A stretch of 64,000 nucleotides of DNA from an uncultured Bacilli bacterium (lineage in GTDB: Bacteria; Bacillota_I; Bacilli_A; RF39; UBA660). The translations under genes were made by a program, and so were the position numbers. Under the pieces are notes generated by a model. The model saw nothing but the letters and a program-made list of their open reading frames with translations. It was not told the DNA's origin and did no database searches. The DNA lies in the NCBI GenBank assembly GCA_934085565.1, contig CAKOHG010000003.1, positions 112,247-176,246 of the forward strand. Direction: 5' to 3'. This document shows, one piece after another, positions 44,048-53,886 of this stretch (positions within the stretch are counted from its first letter, which is position 1; every line of letters starts with the position of its first letter).

Positions 44048-45364
44048 ATGATTATTTATGAATTACTAATTACTGTTATAATTTTCTGGATAATATCAAT
44101 TGTTGTAAGAAAAGATTTATTTTCTCCAGAATCATTATTATGTATATCATATATATTAGCAATTGTTTGTGCAATCTATAATATAGATAATTGGGATATT
44201 AATTTGCATTACAACACATATTTGGTAATAGTCATTGGTATTTTTAGTTTTTTTCTTCCATCTTTATTTTTTTATTTTTTTCACAAAAACAAGAATGCTA
44301 AAAATATATCAAAAAAATTAGAATGGATAGAAATAAAAAGTGGAAAACTGATGTTTTTAAACGTTATATCTTTAATTATTATGATGATATATTCCATTTA
44401 TTTTATAAAAGCTCTTGGAGGTTTTGGTGCACTTTTAAATTTCAGTAATGCAATGGAGATTTATAGAAATAAAACAATGTTACATCATCTTACATTAATT
44501 CCTTCTTGGATAAATTTTTTATCAAAAATATGCAGGGCTGTTTGTTTTGTTTATACATATATTTTAATAAACAATTTGATAATTGACAGAAAAAAAATGA
44601 AATCTAAAAGAAAAATTAAGAATCAATATATAATTGGCATTGCTTCCTACATTCCATTAACAATAATGAGTGGTGGAAGATATGATTTGATAGTATATAT
44701 TATTTACATAATTGTCGTCTTTAGCATTTTATTTACAATACACAACAAAAAAAGACTTCAGACAGGAAAAATATTAAAAATAGGTTTAATAGTTATGCTT
44801 GTTTTAATCATTTTTTCGAGTTATAGAGGATTAGTAGGAAGGACTGCTGAAAGTAATACTATCGATTATATTACTGAATATTTTGGAGGGTCTATTGCAA
44901 TTTTTGATATTTACATGCAGGAGTTGCATCCTAAAGCAGCCTATTTTGGACAAGAAACTTTTTCTGGAATTAGGAAACTGGCTTATCAATTCAAAATAAT
45001 AAATAATCAAGGCTTAAGTGAAGACGCCATGCTTTTTAGAACTACTTATAATAATAAAATTATAGGAAATGTTTATACTGGCTTTAGAAAACCTTATCAT
45101 GATTTTGGAATAGCAGGAGTTATAATTTTACAAATTATTTTGTCACTTATATTTAACAAACTGTATTACAATTGTTTTTATAAGAACGAAAAAAATAAAA
45201 TAAGTTTTAGAATAATTACTACAGGAACGTTATTTTATTGTATAGTTCTACATTCATATTCAGAAACTTTTTTTTGCAATGTATTGTCATTTAATTATCT
45301 TATGCTGTTTGTTATTATATATGCAATTATACATTTTTTAGAAAGAATAGAGGTAAAAATATGA
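44048..45364 (+). CDS. Polytopic membrane protein, putative Wzy-type oligosaccharide repeat-unit polymerase
   Basis: 438 aa with at least 10 TM helices and few conserved residues, lying inside a Wzx/GT locus. Confidence 0.5.
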   Translation: MIIYELLITVIIFWIISIVVRKDLFSPESLLCISYILAIVCAIYNIDNWDINLHYNTYLVIVIGIFSFFLPSLFFYFFHKNKNAKNISKKLEWIEIKSGKLMFLNVISLIIMMIYSIYFIKALGGFGALLNFSNAMEIYRNKTMLHHLTLIPSWINFLSKICRAVCFVYTYILINNLIIDRKKMKSKRKIKNQYIIGIASYIPLTIMSGGRYDLIVYIIYIIVVFSILFTIHNKKRLQTGKILKIGLIVMLVLIIFSSYRGLVGRTAESNTIDYITEYFGGSIAIFDIYMQELHPKAAYFGQETFSGIRKLAYQFKIINNQGLSEDAMLFRTTYNNKIIGNVYTGFRKPYHDFGIAGVIILQIILSLIFNKLYYNCFYKNEKNKISFRIITTGTLFYCIVLHSYSETFFCNVLSFNYLMLFVIIYAIIHFLERIEVKI

Positions 45365-46524
45365 ATGATTCAGAAAAAAAATATTTTGAAAAATTTGGAT
45401 ATAATTATTTTGGACCATTATTATTATGCTATTCTAATTGGCTTATTAAAAATTTAGAGGAAAACAACATAGATAAAGTATACTTTTTAGCTCGAGATGG
45501 CTACATTATGAAACAAGTTTTTGATATTGTTAATAATTCAAAAATCAAATCATATTATTTTTATGCATCTAGAAGAGCTGTAATTGTACCTTATTTATGG
45601 ATGATAAAAAATAAAGAAGAAATCTTTAAAGTAATAGCTTTTAACAAAAAAATAACTGTTCAATCTTTCATCAAAAAAGTTGGATTAGAAGATTATGATT
45701 TGACACACATATTAGAAAGGTATAATTATAATTTGCTCACTGAAATTAATACTGAAGAACTTGAGAGTTTTAATGATTTTTTCGAAGAAATATTTCCGCT
45801 AATAAAAGAGAACTCAAAAAAAGAATGGAAATCTTTGAATAATTATGCCAAGAAAAATAGTTTTGAAGGAAAAATTGCAATTGTTGACATTGGATGGAAT
45901 GGAACAATGCAAAATGCTTTTCAAAAATTATATAAAGATTATGATTTTGTGGGTTACTATTTTGGAATAGTTCCTTTCAATCATTTTAATAATTTAAATT
46001 TAAATGGATATATTTTTGATAAAAATAAAAATATAGAATTTTATCATAAGATGCACTATTTTATAAATATATTTGAATTTTTGTTTTTAGCACAACACGG
46101 TTCTGTAAAACGATATTTAGAAAATGGGAAAGATGTAGAGTTTTATAAATATGAATATGAAAATTCCATTGAGAAGAATATAGTTCAATACATTCAAAAG
46201 TTTGCAATTAAATATGTAAATGATAATAAAAATGCAAAGTTAAATGATGATAGAGTAATCAAAAGATTTATTAATTATTTTTTAAGACCATCATATAAAA
46301 CTGCTAAATTGTTTGGTAATTTAAAATTTAAAGATGATGAATTTAAATATATAGCAAAGCCTGATAAAAAAATAAATTACATTAAAAAACCTAAAAAATT
46401 ACTGAAAGATTTTTTGGATTCTAGTTGGAGAATTGGATTTTTAAAAAGAGTTTTAATGTTACCTTTTCCATATTATTCATTTAATAATATTGTAAGAAAA
46501 ATATATTTAAGTAAGGAGAAATGA
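45361..46524 (+). CDS. Hypothetical protein of the polysaccharide locus
   Basis: ATGA-coupled to Wzy; FLARDGY and IVDIGWNGTMQ motifs; family not recognised. Confidence 0.3.
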   Translation: MNDSEKKYFEKFGYNYFGPLLLCYSNWLIKNLEENNIDKVYFLARDGYIMKQVFDIVNNSKIKSYYFYASRRAVIVPYLWMIKNKEEIFKVIAFNKKITVQSFIKKVGLEDYDLTHILERYNYNLLTEINTEELESFNDFFEEIFPLIKENSKKEWKSLNNYAKKNSFEGKIAIVDIGWNGTMQNAFQKLYKDYDFVGYYFGIVPFNHFNNLNLNGYIFDKNKNIEFYHKMHYFINIFEFLFLAQHGSVKRYLENGKDVEFYKYEYENSIEKNIVQYIQKFAIKYVNDNKNAKLNDDRVIKRFINYFLRPSYKTAKLFGNLKFKDDEFKYIAKPDKKINYIKKPKKLLKDFLDSSWRIGFLKRVLMLPFPYYSFNNIVRKIYLSKEK

Positions 46525-46525
46525 T

Positions 46526-47479
46526 ATGAAAACAAAAAAAGGACTAATATCAATAATAACACCTGTATATAATGGGGAAAAATATATAGAAAGATGTATA
46601 AAAAGTGTACAAGCTCAATCATATAAAGATATAGAACATATTGTAGTTGATGACGGTTCTCAGGATAATACTAAAAAAATTTGCGAGAAATATAATGATA
46701 AAATAATTTTTATTTCCAAAAAAAATGAAGGTGTATCAAATGCAAGAAATACAGCACTTAATTGCGCAAATGGTGAATATGTTTTGTTTGTTGATGCAGA
46801 TGATTGGTTAGAAGTTGATATGTGTGAGTTATTGATAAAAGAAATAGAAAAAAAGGCGTGTGACATTGTAGTATGCGGATACAATAATTATTATGAAAAT
46901 AGTGGTAAAAATGAACCTATTTTATTAAAATTTGATGAAAGTGCTCAAAATAGTTTTACAGAACTTATTTCTGATGAAACAACAAACTTTGGTGGTTTTC
47001 CTTGGAACAAATTGATTCGCAGAGACGTAATAACACATTCATTTGATGAAAGTATACACTATTATGAAAATTTATTGTTTTTTTTGGACAATTGTAAAGA
47101 TGATATTAGATTTTCAACAGTTAATAAATGTTTGTATAATTATTGCATAAATGACACATCAGCTGTTCATAGTAAAAAATATTCTCTCAAAAAATTATCT
47201 GCGTTAGAATCTTTAAAGAAAGTTATTTCTTTATTACCACCTAAAACATTAATAATGCACAAAGTATATTTTATTAATAGTTACTTTAATAACTTATATT
47301 GTATAAAAAAATATTTTCCAGAACATATAGATGACATAAAGAAGTACAATATTTTGTTAGAAGAGTACTATAATGATGTTATGAAATCTCATGACATCTC
47401 ATCAAAGACAAAGATAAAAATATTTTTTATGAAGAAAATGAATTTTATATATGAAATATATAAAGGATTAAAGAAATAA
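46526..47479 (+). CDS. Family 2 glycosyltransferase
   Basis: ISIITPVYNGEKYIERCIKSV...VVDDGSQDNT...VDADDW. Confidence 0.75.
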   Translation: MKTKKGLISIITPVYNGEKYIERCIKSVQAQSYKDIEHIVVDDGSQDNTKKICEKYNDKIIFISKKNEGVSNARNTALNCANGEYVLFVDADDWLEVDMCELLIKEIEKKACDIVVCGYNNYYENSGKNEPILLKFDESAQNSFTELISDETTNFGGFPWNKLIRRDVITHSFDESIHYYENLLFFLDNCKDDIRFSTVNKCLYNYCINDTSAVHSKKYSLKKLSALESLKKVISLLPPKTLIMHKVYFINSYFNNLYCIKKYFPEHIDDIKKYNILLEEYYNDVMKSHDISSKTKIKIFFMKKMNFIYEIYKGLKK

Positions 47480-47480
47480 T

Positions 47481-49043
47481 ATGAAAGAAAATAATAGAAC
47501 TTCTAATTCTTTAAAAAATTCATTTTCTTCGTTGTTAAGTAATATTGTAGCTATTATAGTAGGATTTATTGCTCAAGCATTATTTTTAAAAATATTAAAT
47601 ACTGAATATCTTGGTTTGAATGGTTTATTTACAAATGTTTTAACGATGCTAAGTTTTTTTGAACTTGGGATTGGAAATGCTATAGTGTTTTATATGTATA
47701 AACCACTTGCAGAAAATAATGTTGAAAAAATTAAACAATTAATGAATTTTTATAAAAAATCATATAGAATAATTGCTTTGATTGTTTTTTCAATAGGGAT
47801 GTTATTATTACCATTTATTAAATATCTAGTTAATGATGTAAATATAGATATTAATATATATATTGTGTATTTTCTTTTTCTCTTAAGTACCGTTGTATCA
47901 TATTTAATGGTATATAAGCGAAATATGTTATATGCTGATCAGAAAAATTATTATATAAATATAATTCATTGTTTTTATTTAGTTTTATTAAATATTTCTC
48001 AATTAATATTTTTAGCTATAACAAAAAATTATTATTTATATTTAATAATTAAAATATGCTGTCAAATATTAGAAAATGTTGTAATAACGATTTTAGTTAA
48101 TAATTTATATCCGTACATTAATGAATCTAATAATTTAAAATTAGATAAAGAAACAGAAAAAAATATATTTCAAAAAGTAAAAGCTTTAATTTTTCATAAG
48201 GTAGGATATATAATTATAAATGGTACGGATAATATAATAATATCAAAATTTTTTGGATTGGTTGCAGTTGGGTTGTATTCAAATTATTATTTAATCATAA
48301 ATTCAGTATTTACCATGTTTAGTCAGGCTATTACATCCTTAACAGCCAGTGTAGGGAATTTATTAGTAAATTGTGATTCTACTAAATCGTTTAACATATT
48401 TAAAAAAATAAGATTTATAAATTTTATTGTTTCAACTTTTTGTGCAACATGTGTTTTATGTTTAATACAACCGTTTATTACTATTTGGATAGGTAAGGAA
48501 TATCTGTTAGATAAAATAATATTATTTGTTTTGGTTTTTAATTTATTTCAAAAACTACAAAGATGTACTTATATGACATTTAAAGATTCTGCTGGTATTT
48601 GGGAAGAAGATCGATTTGTTCCAATTATAGAATCGTTACTTAATATAATTTTCTCAATTTTATTATTAAAAATTTTTGGCCTAGCAGGGGTATTTTTGGG
48701 AACAATTGTAAGTGGATTAGCGTTATGGTGTTATAGTTATCCAAAATTTGTGTATAAGAAAATATTTTCGCGTAGTTATTTTGAATATGCTTTTGAAACT
48801 CTGAACTATATATTTATCTTTTGTATAATTGTATTTATTACATATATTTCAACTAATTTATATTTATTTTCAAGTAGTTTTGTACAATTAATATTTAATG
48901 GATGTCTATGTTTAATAGTGCCATTTGTATTAATTAGTATTGTTTTTAGAAAACATGAAGAATATAAGTATTTTTTAGAACTTATAAAAAAAATTTTATT
49001 TAAAATAATGAATAAAAGTAAATCTGTAAAACACCAGAAATAA
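47481..49043 (+). CDS. Wzx-type polysaccharide flippase (MOP superfamily)
   Basis: 520 aa with 12-14 TM helices; N-terminal pattern SLLSNIVAIIVGFIAQALFLKILNTEYLGLNGLFTNVL typical of Wzx/PST-family proteins. Confidence 0.65.
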   Translation: MKENNRTSNSLKNSFSSLLSNIVAIIVGFIAQALFLKILNTEYLGLNGLFTNVLTMLSFFELGIGNAIVFYMYKPLAENNVEKIKQLMNFYKKSYRIIALIVFSIGMLLLPFIKYLVNDVNIDINIYIVYFLFLLSTVVSYLMVYKRNMLYADQKNYYINIIHCFYLVLLNISQLIFLAITKNYYLYLIIKICCQILENVVITILVNNLYPYINESNNLKLDKETEKNIFQKVKALIFHKVGYIIINGTDNIIISKFFGLVAVGLYSNYYLIINSVFTMFSQAITSLTASVGNLLVNCDSTKSFNIFKKIRFINFIVSTFCATCVLCLIQPFITIWIGKEYLLDKIILFVLVFNLFQKLQRCTYMTFKDSAGIWEEDRFVPIIESLLNIIFSILLLKIFGLAGVFLGTIVSGLALWCYSYPKFVYKKIFSRSYFEYAFETLNYIFIFCIIVFITYISTNLYLFSSSFVQLIFNGCLCLIVPFVLISIVFRKHEEYKYFLELIKKILFKIMNKSKSVKHQK

Positions 49044-49102
49044 AACAGAATTCATTTAATAATAATTAAAAATTATTGCAAACAGAGATTTTCGATAGGA
49101 CA

Positions 49103-49124
49103 AGACTAGAAATAGTCTTTTTTT
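49103..49124 (+). terminator. Rho-independent terminator after wzx
   Basis: AGACTA-gaaa-TAGTCT hairpin plus T7, followed by a TTGTTATAAT promoter-like sequence. Confidence 0.5.
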
Positions 49125-49232
49125 GTTATAATTGATTATTTATTATTTTTTTAAATAAATGAAACAACACTATTTTTCCTCTTTTTATTTTACAAACAAT
49201 GTGAGATAATGCTGTTAAGGTAGGAATTAAGA

Positions 49233-52200
49233 ATGAAAAGGTCAAAAGAGTTTAAAAGAAAAGTTAATGGTTTTACGTTAATTGAACTTATAAGTGTTGT
49301 TAGTATTATGGCGATTATTTTATTAATCGCTATTCCAGCTTATACGACGATTACAAATAAGACTAAAGAAAATATTTATCAATCTAAAGTAACAGAACTT
49401 CTTGCTAAAGCTGAAAGTTATTCAGAAACTTCAAATGTTTTTGTTATGGATGTTAATACTTTAATGCAACAAGGTCTTATTAGTGCCGATAATGAATCCG
49501 GAAATCTAATCGATCCTAGATCAGATCGTAAGATGAATTGTGATATTATTGAAGTGAATTACGAAGGAAATACTTATAAAGCTAATTATATTGAAAATGA
49601 TACTTGTTTAGGAGAAGAAGAACTCAATAACCGTTATGGTATGGGTTATATTACGATTTATGATGAAAATGGTAATGAAGTATCTAATAATACATGGTCA
49701 CAAACAGCCTTTGAAAATTTTCAATTTCGTTTAAAAAATGAAAGTAATTTAGAAAATTTAGTTAGTTTAACTTGGAATGGGGAAGAAGAAAAAACTTGTA
49801 CCAAAGAGGAGTATGATGATTGTCTTTATCAAATAAGTGCCCAACTTATCAAAAATATAACAGTTACTTTAAATGTTGTTATGAATATTAACGGCCAAGA
49901 AGTTAATCAAAAATATAGTGCTCATGGTTTAATAGACCGTGAAAAACCGACAGTTTCAGTAGATGATGTAAATAATGAAAATTATACAACTGATTTAAGA
50001 AAAGTTAGTTTTGTTTTAGATGATAGATCTGGTAGTGGTATTTCTCATTATGCTGTGGTAAGTGATGATATCACATCTTGTGATAATGATGGAATTGTAT
50101 ATCAATCTACTGAAGATGTTCATCCAACAGTTTATCTGGATAATGGCGATTATATTGTTTGTGCAAAAGATAAGGTAGGAAATATTTCTGATATAGATGA
50201 CAAAAGTAAAGTTCATGTTGAAAAAGTTAATTCAAATAACTTTAAAATAAAAGTAACAAATAGTTCTAATAGTAATTGGACAAATAAAGATGTTACTTTA
50301 GCGGTTAGTTGGGATATTGAAAACATTGATTTTTGTGCTTATAAGTTAAATGACGGGGAATATCAACGTTATAATGGTGTTTATGATAGCAAAGGCTTTA
50401 CCTTTAAACCAAATTTTACAGGTGAACAAAAAACAACAGTATATTTTATGTGTTATGATAAAGCCGGTAATAAAAGTAATGAAGCTAACACAAGTGTTTT
50501 AATAGATACCAACAATCCAACGATAACTTATAGTATTCAAAATCAAACAGTTGGAAGCAATAGCTATTATAAAGGCTTAACTTTAAAAGCTGATGTTAAA
50601 GATAATTTGAGTGGTATATCTTCTATTAAATATTGTCAGGGAGAAAGTGATTGTACACCTGAAACAACGGCAACTGGTAGTTTCAGTGTCACTTTAGCCA
50701 GTGGAAAAAATCGTAAAGTTTGTGCTATTGTTGTAGATAAGGCTGGCAATTCTTCTGGAAAAGTTTGTTCATCTTCTTACAATGTCGATGGAGTAAAGCC
50801 AACAATTAGTTTAACTGAAAGTAGTACATCAGGAGAAAATGGCTGGGTTAAAAAAGCTACCATAACAGGTTCTTTAAATGATACCGTAAGTGGACTAGCT
50901 AGTGCTAAATATTGTCGAAGTAGTGCAAATTGTACACCTGATACGACAGTTTCTATTTCTAATAATCAAATCGTGGTGGATATTACCAATGCTTCTAATC
51001 AAAAAGTTTGTATGAATGTCACGGATAAAGCTGGAAATACTTCTAATACGGCTTGTAGTAAAAATTATTATGCTGACAATACGCTTCCAACTGTATCTAT
51101 TGATGTTTCTGCTTCTAATGGAAATGCAACAGTTACGGCAAGCAATGCCAAGGATAATTTAAGTGGGGTAGTAAGTTATCAATTCCGCTTTGATAATGGT
51201 AGTTGGATAACGAATTCTTCTAATAAATATACTTTCACAAACTTAACAGATGGTAATCATACATTTTATGTCAGGGTAAAAGATAAAGCCGGAAATTATA
51301 GTTCAGCTCCATCAAAAGTAGTAACTATTTCTAATGGACCTAGTCTTACTCGTATAGGAGACTTTATATCCAAAAATGCTTCTAGCAATGATAATATGAG
51401 AAATAATTATAATCTTGTACCACTTAATCAATCACAAATTGTAATTATTGATGGTGATGAAGTTTATTATGACAATGGAAAGCCTAAAAATACTTATTAT
51501 CTTGAAGCACAAGTGTTAAATGTTACTTCAAAAAGTTCTTCTTATGGTTCTATTGTAAAATTAATGAGTGAAGGAGCACCTCTTCCTGAATATAACGTTC
51601 GAGTGGATAATTCAACAATTGTTGTTGGAGGGGATGCCAATACAAGAGGTGGATCTGTTCGGGTAGCAACTCTTAAAATAAGTGGTAATTCTATTACAAT
51701 GCCTTATATTAGTTCTACTTTTGGTTCAGCTGGTTTTGAACGAGAAGGTATTGTGGGAATTTCTCATAGTCTTAACAGTGGAACAGTAGGAGTTTATTAT
51801 GACGATTCTACTTCAAGTAAACATAATTATGCTGTTAGAAGTTATACTTATACATCAGGTGGTATTAGCTCTGAAAGTAAATTATCAAGAAATGTCAATG
51901 ACATATACTATTATTTCCATGATATTTATGGCGCTGCTGGTTCCGTTTCTACAAGCCAAGGAACTTATGCTAGACAAAAAGTTTTTGATTATGCTGGTTT
52001 CTTTAATGGAACAGGAATTGTAAGATGTGATGATAATAGTATTTATCAAGATACTCAATGTAATAATAAGAAAGCGGAAAATAAAATTATTGATGTTGGA
52101 AATTATAGCAAATATTTAGGCAGTAATACCCAACAGGCTTATTTTTCTATGACAGCTTTAGGAAATGATAAAATTATTTTAACTATAAAAAATAAAACTT

Positions 52201-52418
52201 ACGATAGAAATAGCAAGACAACAACTTTAACAGGACACCTTTTGTTTTATAAAAAAGAAAATGGTAGTTGGAATTTAAAGAAAGAACTTAATGCTCCTGA
52301 AAATGGAGTTACTTATTCTAATTCTAGGTATTTATCCAATGAAGTATTACTTCCATTAACAACAAATGCCGCTTTATATAATTCTTATGCGGGTCTTTAT
52401 TACATTACTTTCTCTTAG
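49233..52418 (+). CDS. Giant (1061 aa) type IV pilin-like protein with prepilin (class III) signal and five tandem Ig-like repeats
   Basis: N-terminus KVNG|FTLIELISVVSIMAIILLIAIPA is the canonical prepilin-peptidase site (G|FTLIE with Glu at +5). Five repeats of about 95 aa each end in D-K-A/V-G-N-x-S. Ser/Gly/Tyr-rich C-terminus. Confidence 0.7.
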   Translation: MKRSKEFKRKVNGFTLIELISVVSIMAIILLIAIPAYTTITNKTKENIYQSKVTELLAKAESYSETSNVFVMDVNTLMQQGLISADNESGNLIDPRSDRKMNCDIIEVNYEGNTYKANYIENDTCLGEEELNNRYGMGYITIYDENGNEVSNNTWSQTAFENFQFRLKNESNLENLVSLTWNGEEEKTCTKEEYDDCLYQISAQLIKNITVTLNVVMNINGQEVNQKYSAHGLIDREKPTVSVDDVNNENYTTDLRKVSFVLDDRSGSGISHYAVVSDDITSCDNDGIVYQSTEDVHPTVYLDNGDYIVCAKDKVGNISDIDDKSKVHVEKVNSNNFKIKVTNSSNSNWTNKDVTLAVSWDIENIDFCAYKLNDGEYQRYNGVYDSKGFTFKPNFTGEQKTTVYFMCYDKAGNKSNEANTSVLIDTNNPTITYSIQNQTVGSNSYYKGLTLKADVKDNLSGISSIKYCQGESDCTPETTATGSFSVTLASGKNRKVCAIVVDKAGNSSGKVCSSSYNVDGVKPTISLTESSTSGENGWVKKATITGSLNDTVSGLASAKYCRSSANCTPDTTVSISNNQIVVDITNASNQKVCMNVTDKAGNTSNTACSKNYYADNTLPTVSIDVSASNGNATVTASNAKDNLSGVVSYQFRFDNGSWITNSSNKYTFTNLTDGNHTFYVRVKDKAGNYSSAPSKVVTISNGPSLTRIGDFISKNASSNDNMRNNYNLVPLNQSQIVIIDGDEVYYDNGKPKNTYYLEAQVLNVTSKSSSYGSIVKLMSEGAPLPEYNVRVDNSTIVVGGDANTRGGSVRVATLKISGNSITMPYISSTFGSAGFEREGIVGISHSLNSGTVGVYYDDSTSSKHNYAVRSYTYTSGGISSESKLSRNVNDIYYYFHDIYGAAGSVSTSQGTYARQKVFDYAGFFNGTGIVRCDDNSIYQDTQCNNKKAENKIIDVGNYSKYLGSNTQQAYFSMTALGNDKIILTIKNKTYDRNSKTTTLTGHLLFYKKENGSWNLKKELNAPENGVTYSNSRYLSNEVLLPLTTNAALYNSYAGLYYITFS
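50150..51350 (+). repeat. Five tandem ~285-nt intragenic repeats encoding Ig-like domains (signature CxxDKAGNxS)
   Basis: Motif occurrences at about 50161, 50455, 50733, 51020 and 51280, with about 285-nt periodicity. Confidence 0.5.
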
Positions 52419-52420
52419 AA

Positions 52421-52699
52421 ATGAGGGAAAGCATGTTTATTTGTATCTATTTACTTATTTTAAATTTTATAACGTTTATTGTTTTTGGCTTAGATAAATT
52501 AAAAGCTAAAAAACATAAATGGAGAATTAAAGTGAGTACTTTGTTAGGTTTATGCTTTTTAGGCGGATCTTTAGGTGGCTTAATAGGAATGTATACTTTT
52601 AGGCATAAGACAAAACAAAAATATTTTACTATAGGTGTACCACTTATGTTAATAACACAAGTGGTACTTATTATTTATCTATATATTAAATTGATATAA
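52421..52699 (+). CDS. DUF1294-family small membrane protein
   Basis: LDKLKAKKHKWRIKVSTLLGLCFLGGSLGGLIGMYTFRHKTKQKYF matches the DUF1294 pattern. Confidence 0.55.
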   Translation: MRESMFICIYLLILNFITFIVFGLDKLKAKKHKWRIKVSTLLGLCFLGGSLGGLIGMYTFRHKTKQKYFTIGVPLMLITQVVLIIYLYIKLI

Positions 52700-52749
52700 A
52701 TGTTGCATTTTTAAACAAAATAATATATTATTTAAACTATGGTGATGAT

Positions 52750-53868
52750 ATGAAAGAAGAAAATGTTGCAAAAATATTAAAAAAGATAAGAGAAAGTAAA
52801 AATTTAACACAAGATGAAGTGGCTAGTAAACTTAGTCTTGGAAGAAACGCTATCGTGAGAATCGAATCAGGTAAAAGAAAAGTAAGCGCTAGTGAACTAA
52901 GTCAATTTGAAAAGTTATATAATATTGATCTAGAAGATTATGTTGGAACTTCTAAAAAACAAGAGATTAAAGGTATTATCTTGGCTGGTGGCACTGGTAC
53001 GAGACTTTATCCTATAACAGAAGCTACCAGCAAACAGCTTGTTCCTGTTTATGATAAACCTATGATTTTTTATCCTTTAAGTGTTTTAATGGAAGCTAAT
53101 ATAAGAGATATTTTAATTATTACAACGAAAGAAGATCAAGAAAACTTTAAAAGACTTCTAGGGGATGGTACTCAATTTGGTATTCATTTATCTTATATAG
53201 TGCAGCCTAAACCAAATGGTCTTGCGGAAGCTTTTATTTTAGGAGAAGAGTTTATTGGTGATGCTCCTTGTGCTATGATTTTAGGAGATAACATTTATTT
53301 TGGTAATGGTTTGGAAAAAGAACTTTCTAAAGCCATTAATAATGCCATATCAGGAGATGCTACTATTTTTGGATATAAAGTAAAAGACCCTGAAAGATTT
53401 GGTATTATGGAAATAGATGAGTACAACAATGTCTTATCTGTTGAAGAAAAACCATTGCATCCTAAAAGTGATTATGCTATCACGGGGTTATATTTCTATC
53501 CCAAAGGAGTTTCATCTATAGCTAAAATGGTAAAACCAAGTCAAAGAGGAGAACTTGAAATAACGAGTTTAAATGATTTATATTTAAAACAGAATAAATT
53601 AAAAGCAAGATTACTTGGTGACGGTTATACTTGGTTTGATACAGGAACTTTTGAATCTTTATTAGATGCCTCTAATATGATAAGGACAATTGAAAATAAC
53701 AAAGACACATTAATTTGTAGTCCTGAAATAATTGGCTTAAATCACAAGTGGTTATCTTTAGAAGAATTTTCTAAAAGAGCAATTTTATTAAATAAAAATA
53801 AATATGGTCATTGTTTAATGAAGATAGCCGAGAAAGAAATAAAAAAAGAACGTACCAATAAAAACTAA
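52750..53868 (+). CDS. rfbA: Glucose-1-phosphate thymidylyltransferase (RmlA/RfbA) with an N-terminal XRE-type HTH domain fused in frame
   Basis: aa 1-65: LTQDEVASKLSLGRNAIVRIESGKRKVS (HTH_3). From aa 75: KGIILAGGTGTRLYPITEATSKQLVPVYDKPMIFYPLSVLM (RmlA N-terminus), with no Met at the junction (EIKGIIL). Confidence 0.75.
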   Translation: MKEENVAKILKKIRESKNLTQDEVASKLSLGRNAIVRIESGKRKVSASELSQFEKLYNIDLEDYVGTSKKQEIKGIILAGGTGTRLYPITEATSKQLVPVYDKPMIFYPLSVLMEANIRDILIITTKEDQENFKRLLGDGTQFGIHLSYIVQPKPNGLAEAFILGEEFIGDAPCAMILGDNIYFGNGLEKELSKAINNAISGDATIFGYKVKDPERFGIMEIDEYNNVLSVEEKPLHPKSDYAITGLYFYPKGVSSIAKMVKPSQRGELEITSLNDLYLKQNKLKARLLGDGYTWFDTGTFESLLDASNMIRTIENNKDTLICSPEIIGLNHKWLSLEEFSKRAILLNKNKYGHCLMKIAEKEIKKERTNKN

Positions 53869-53886
53869 TAAGGAGCGAAAAATAGT

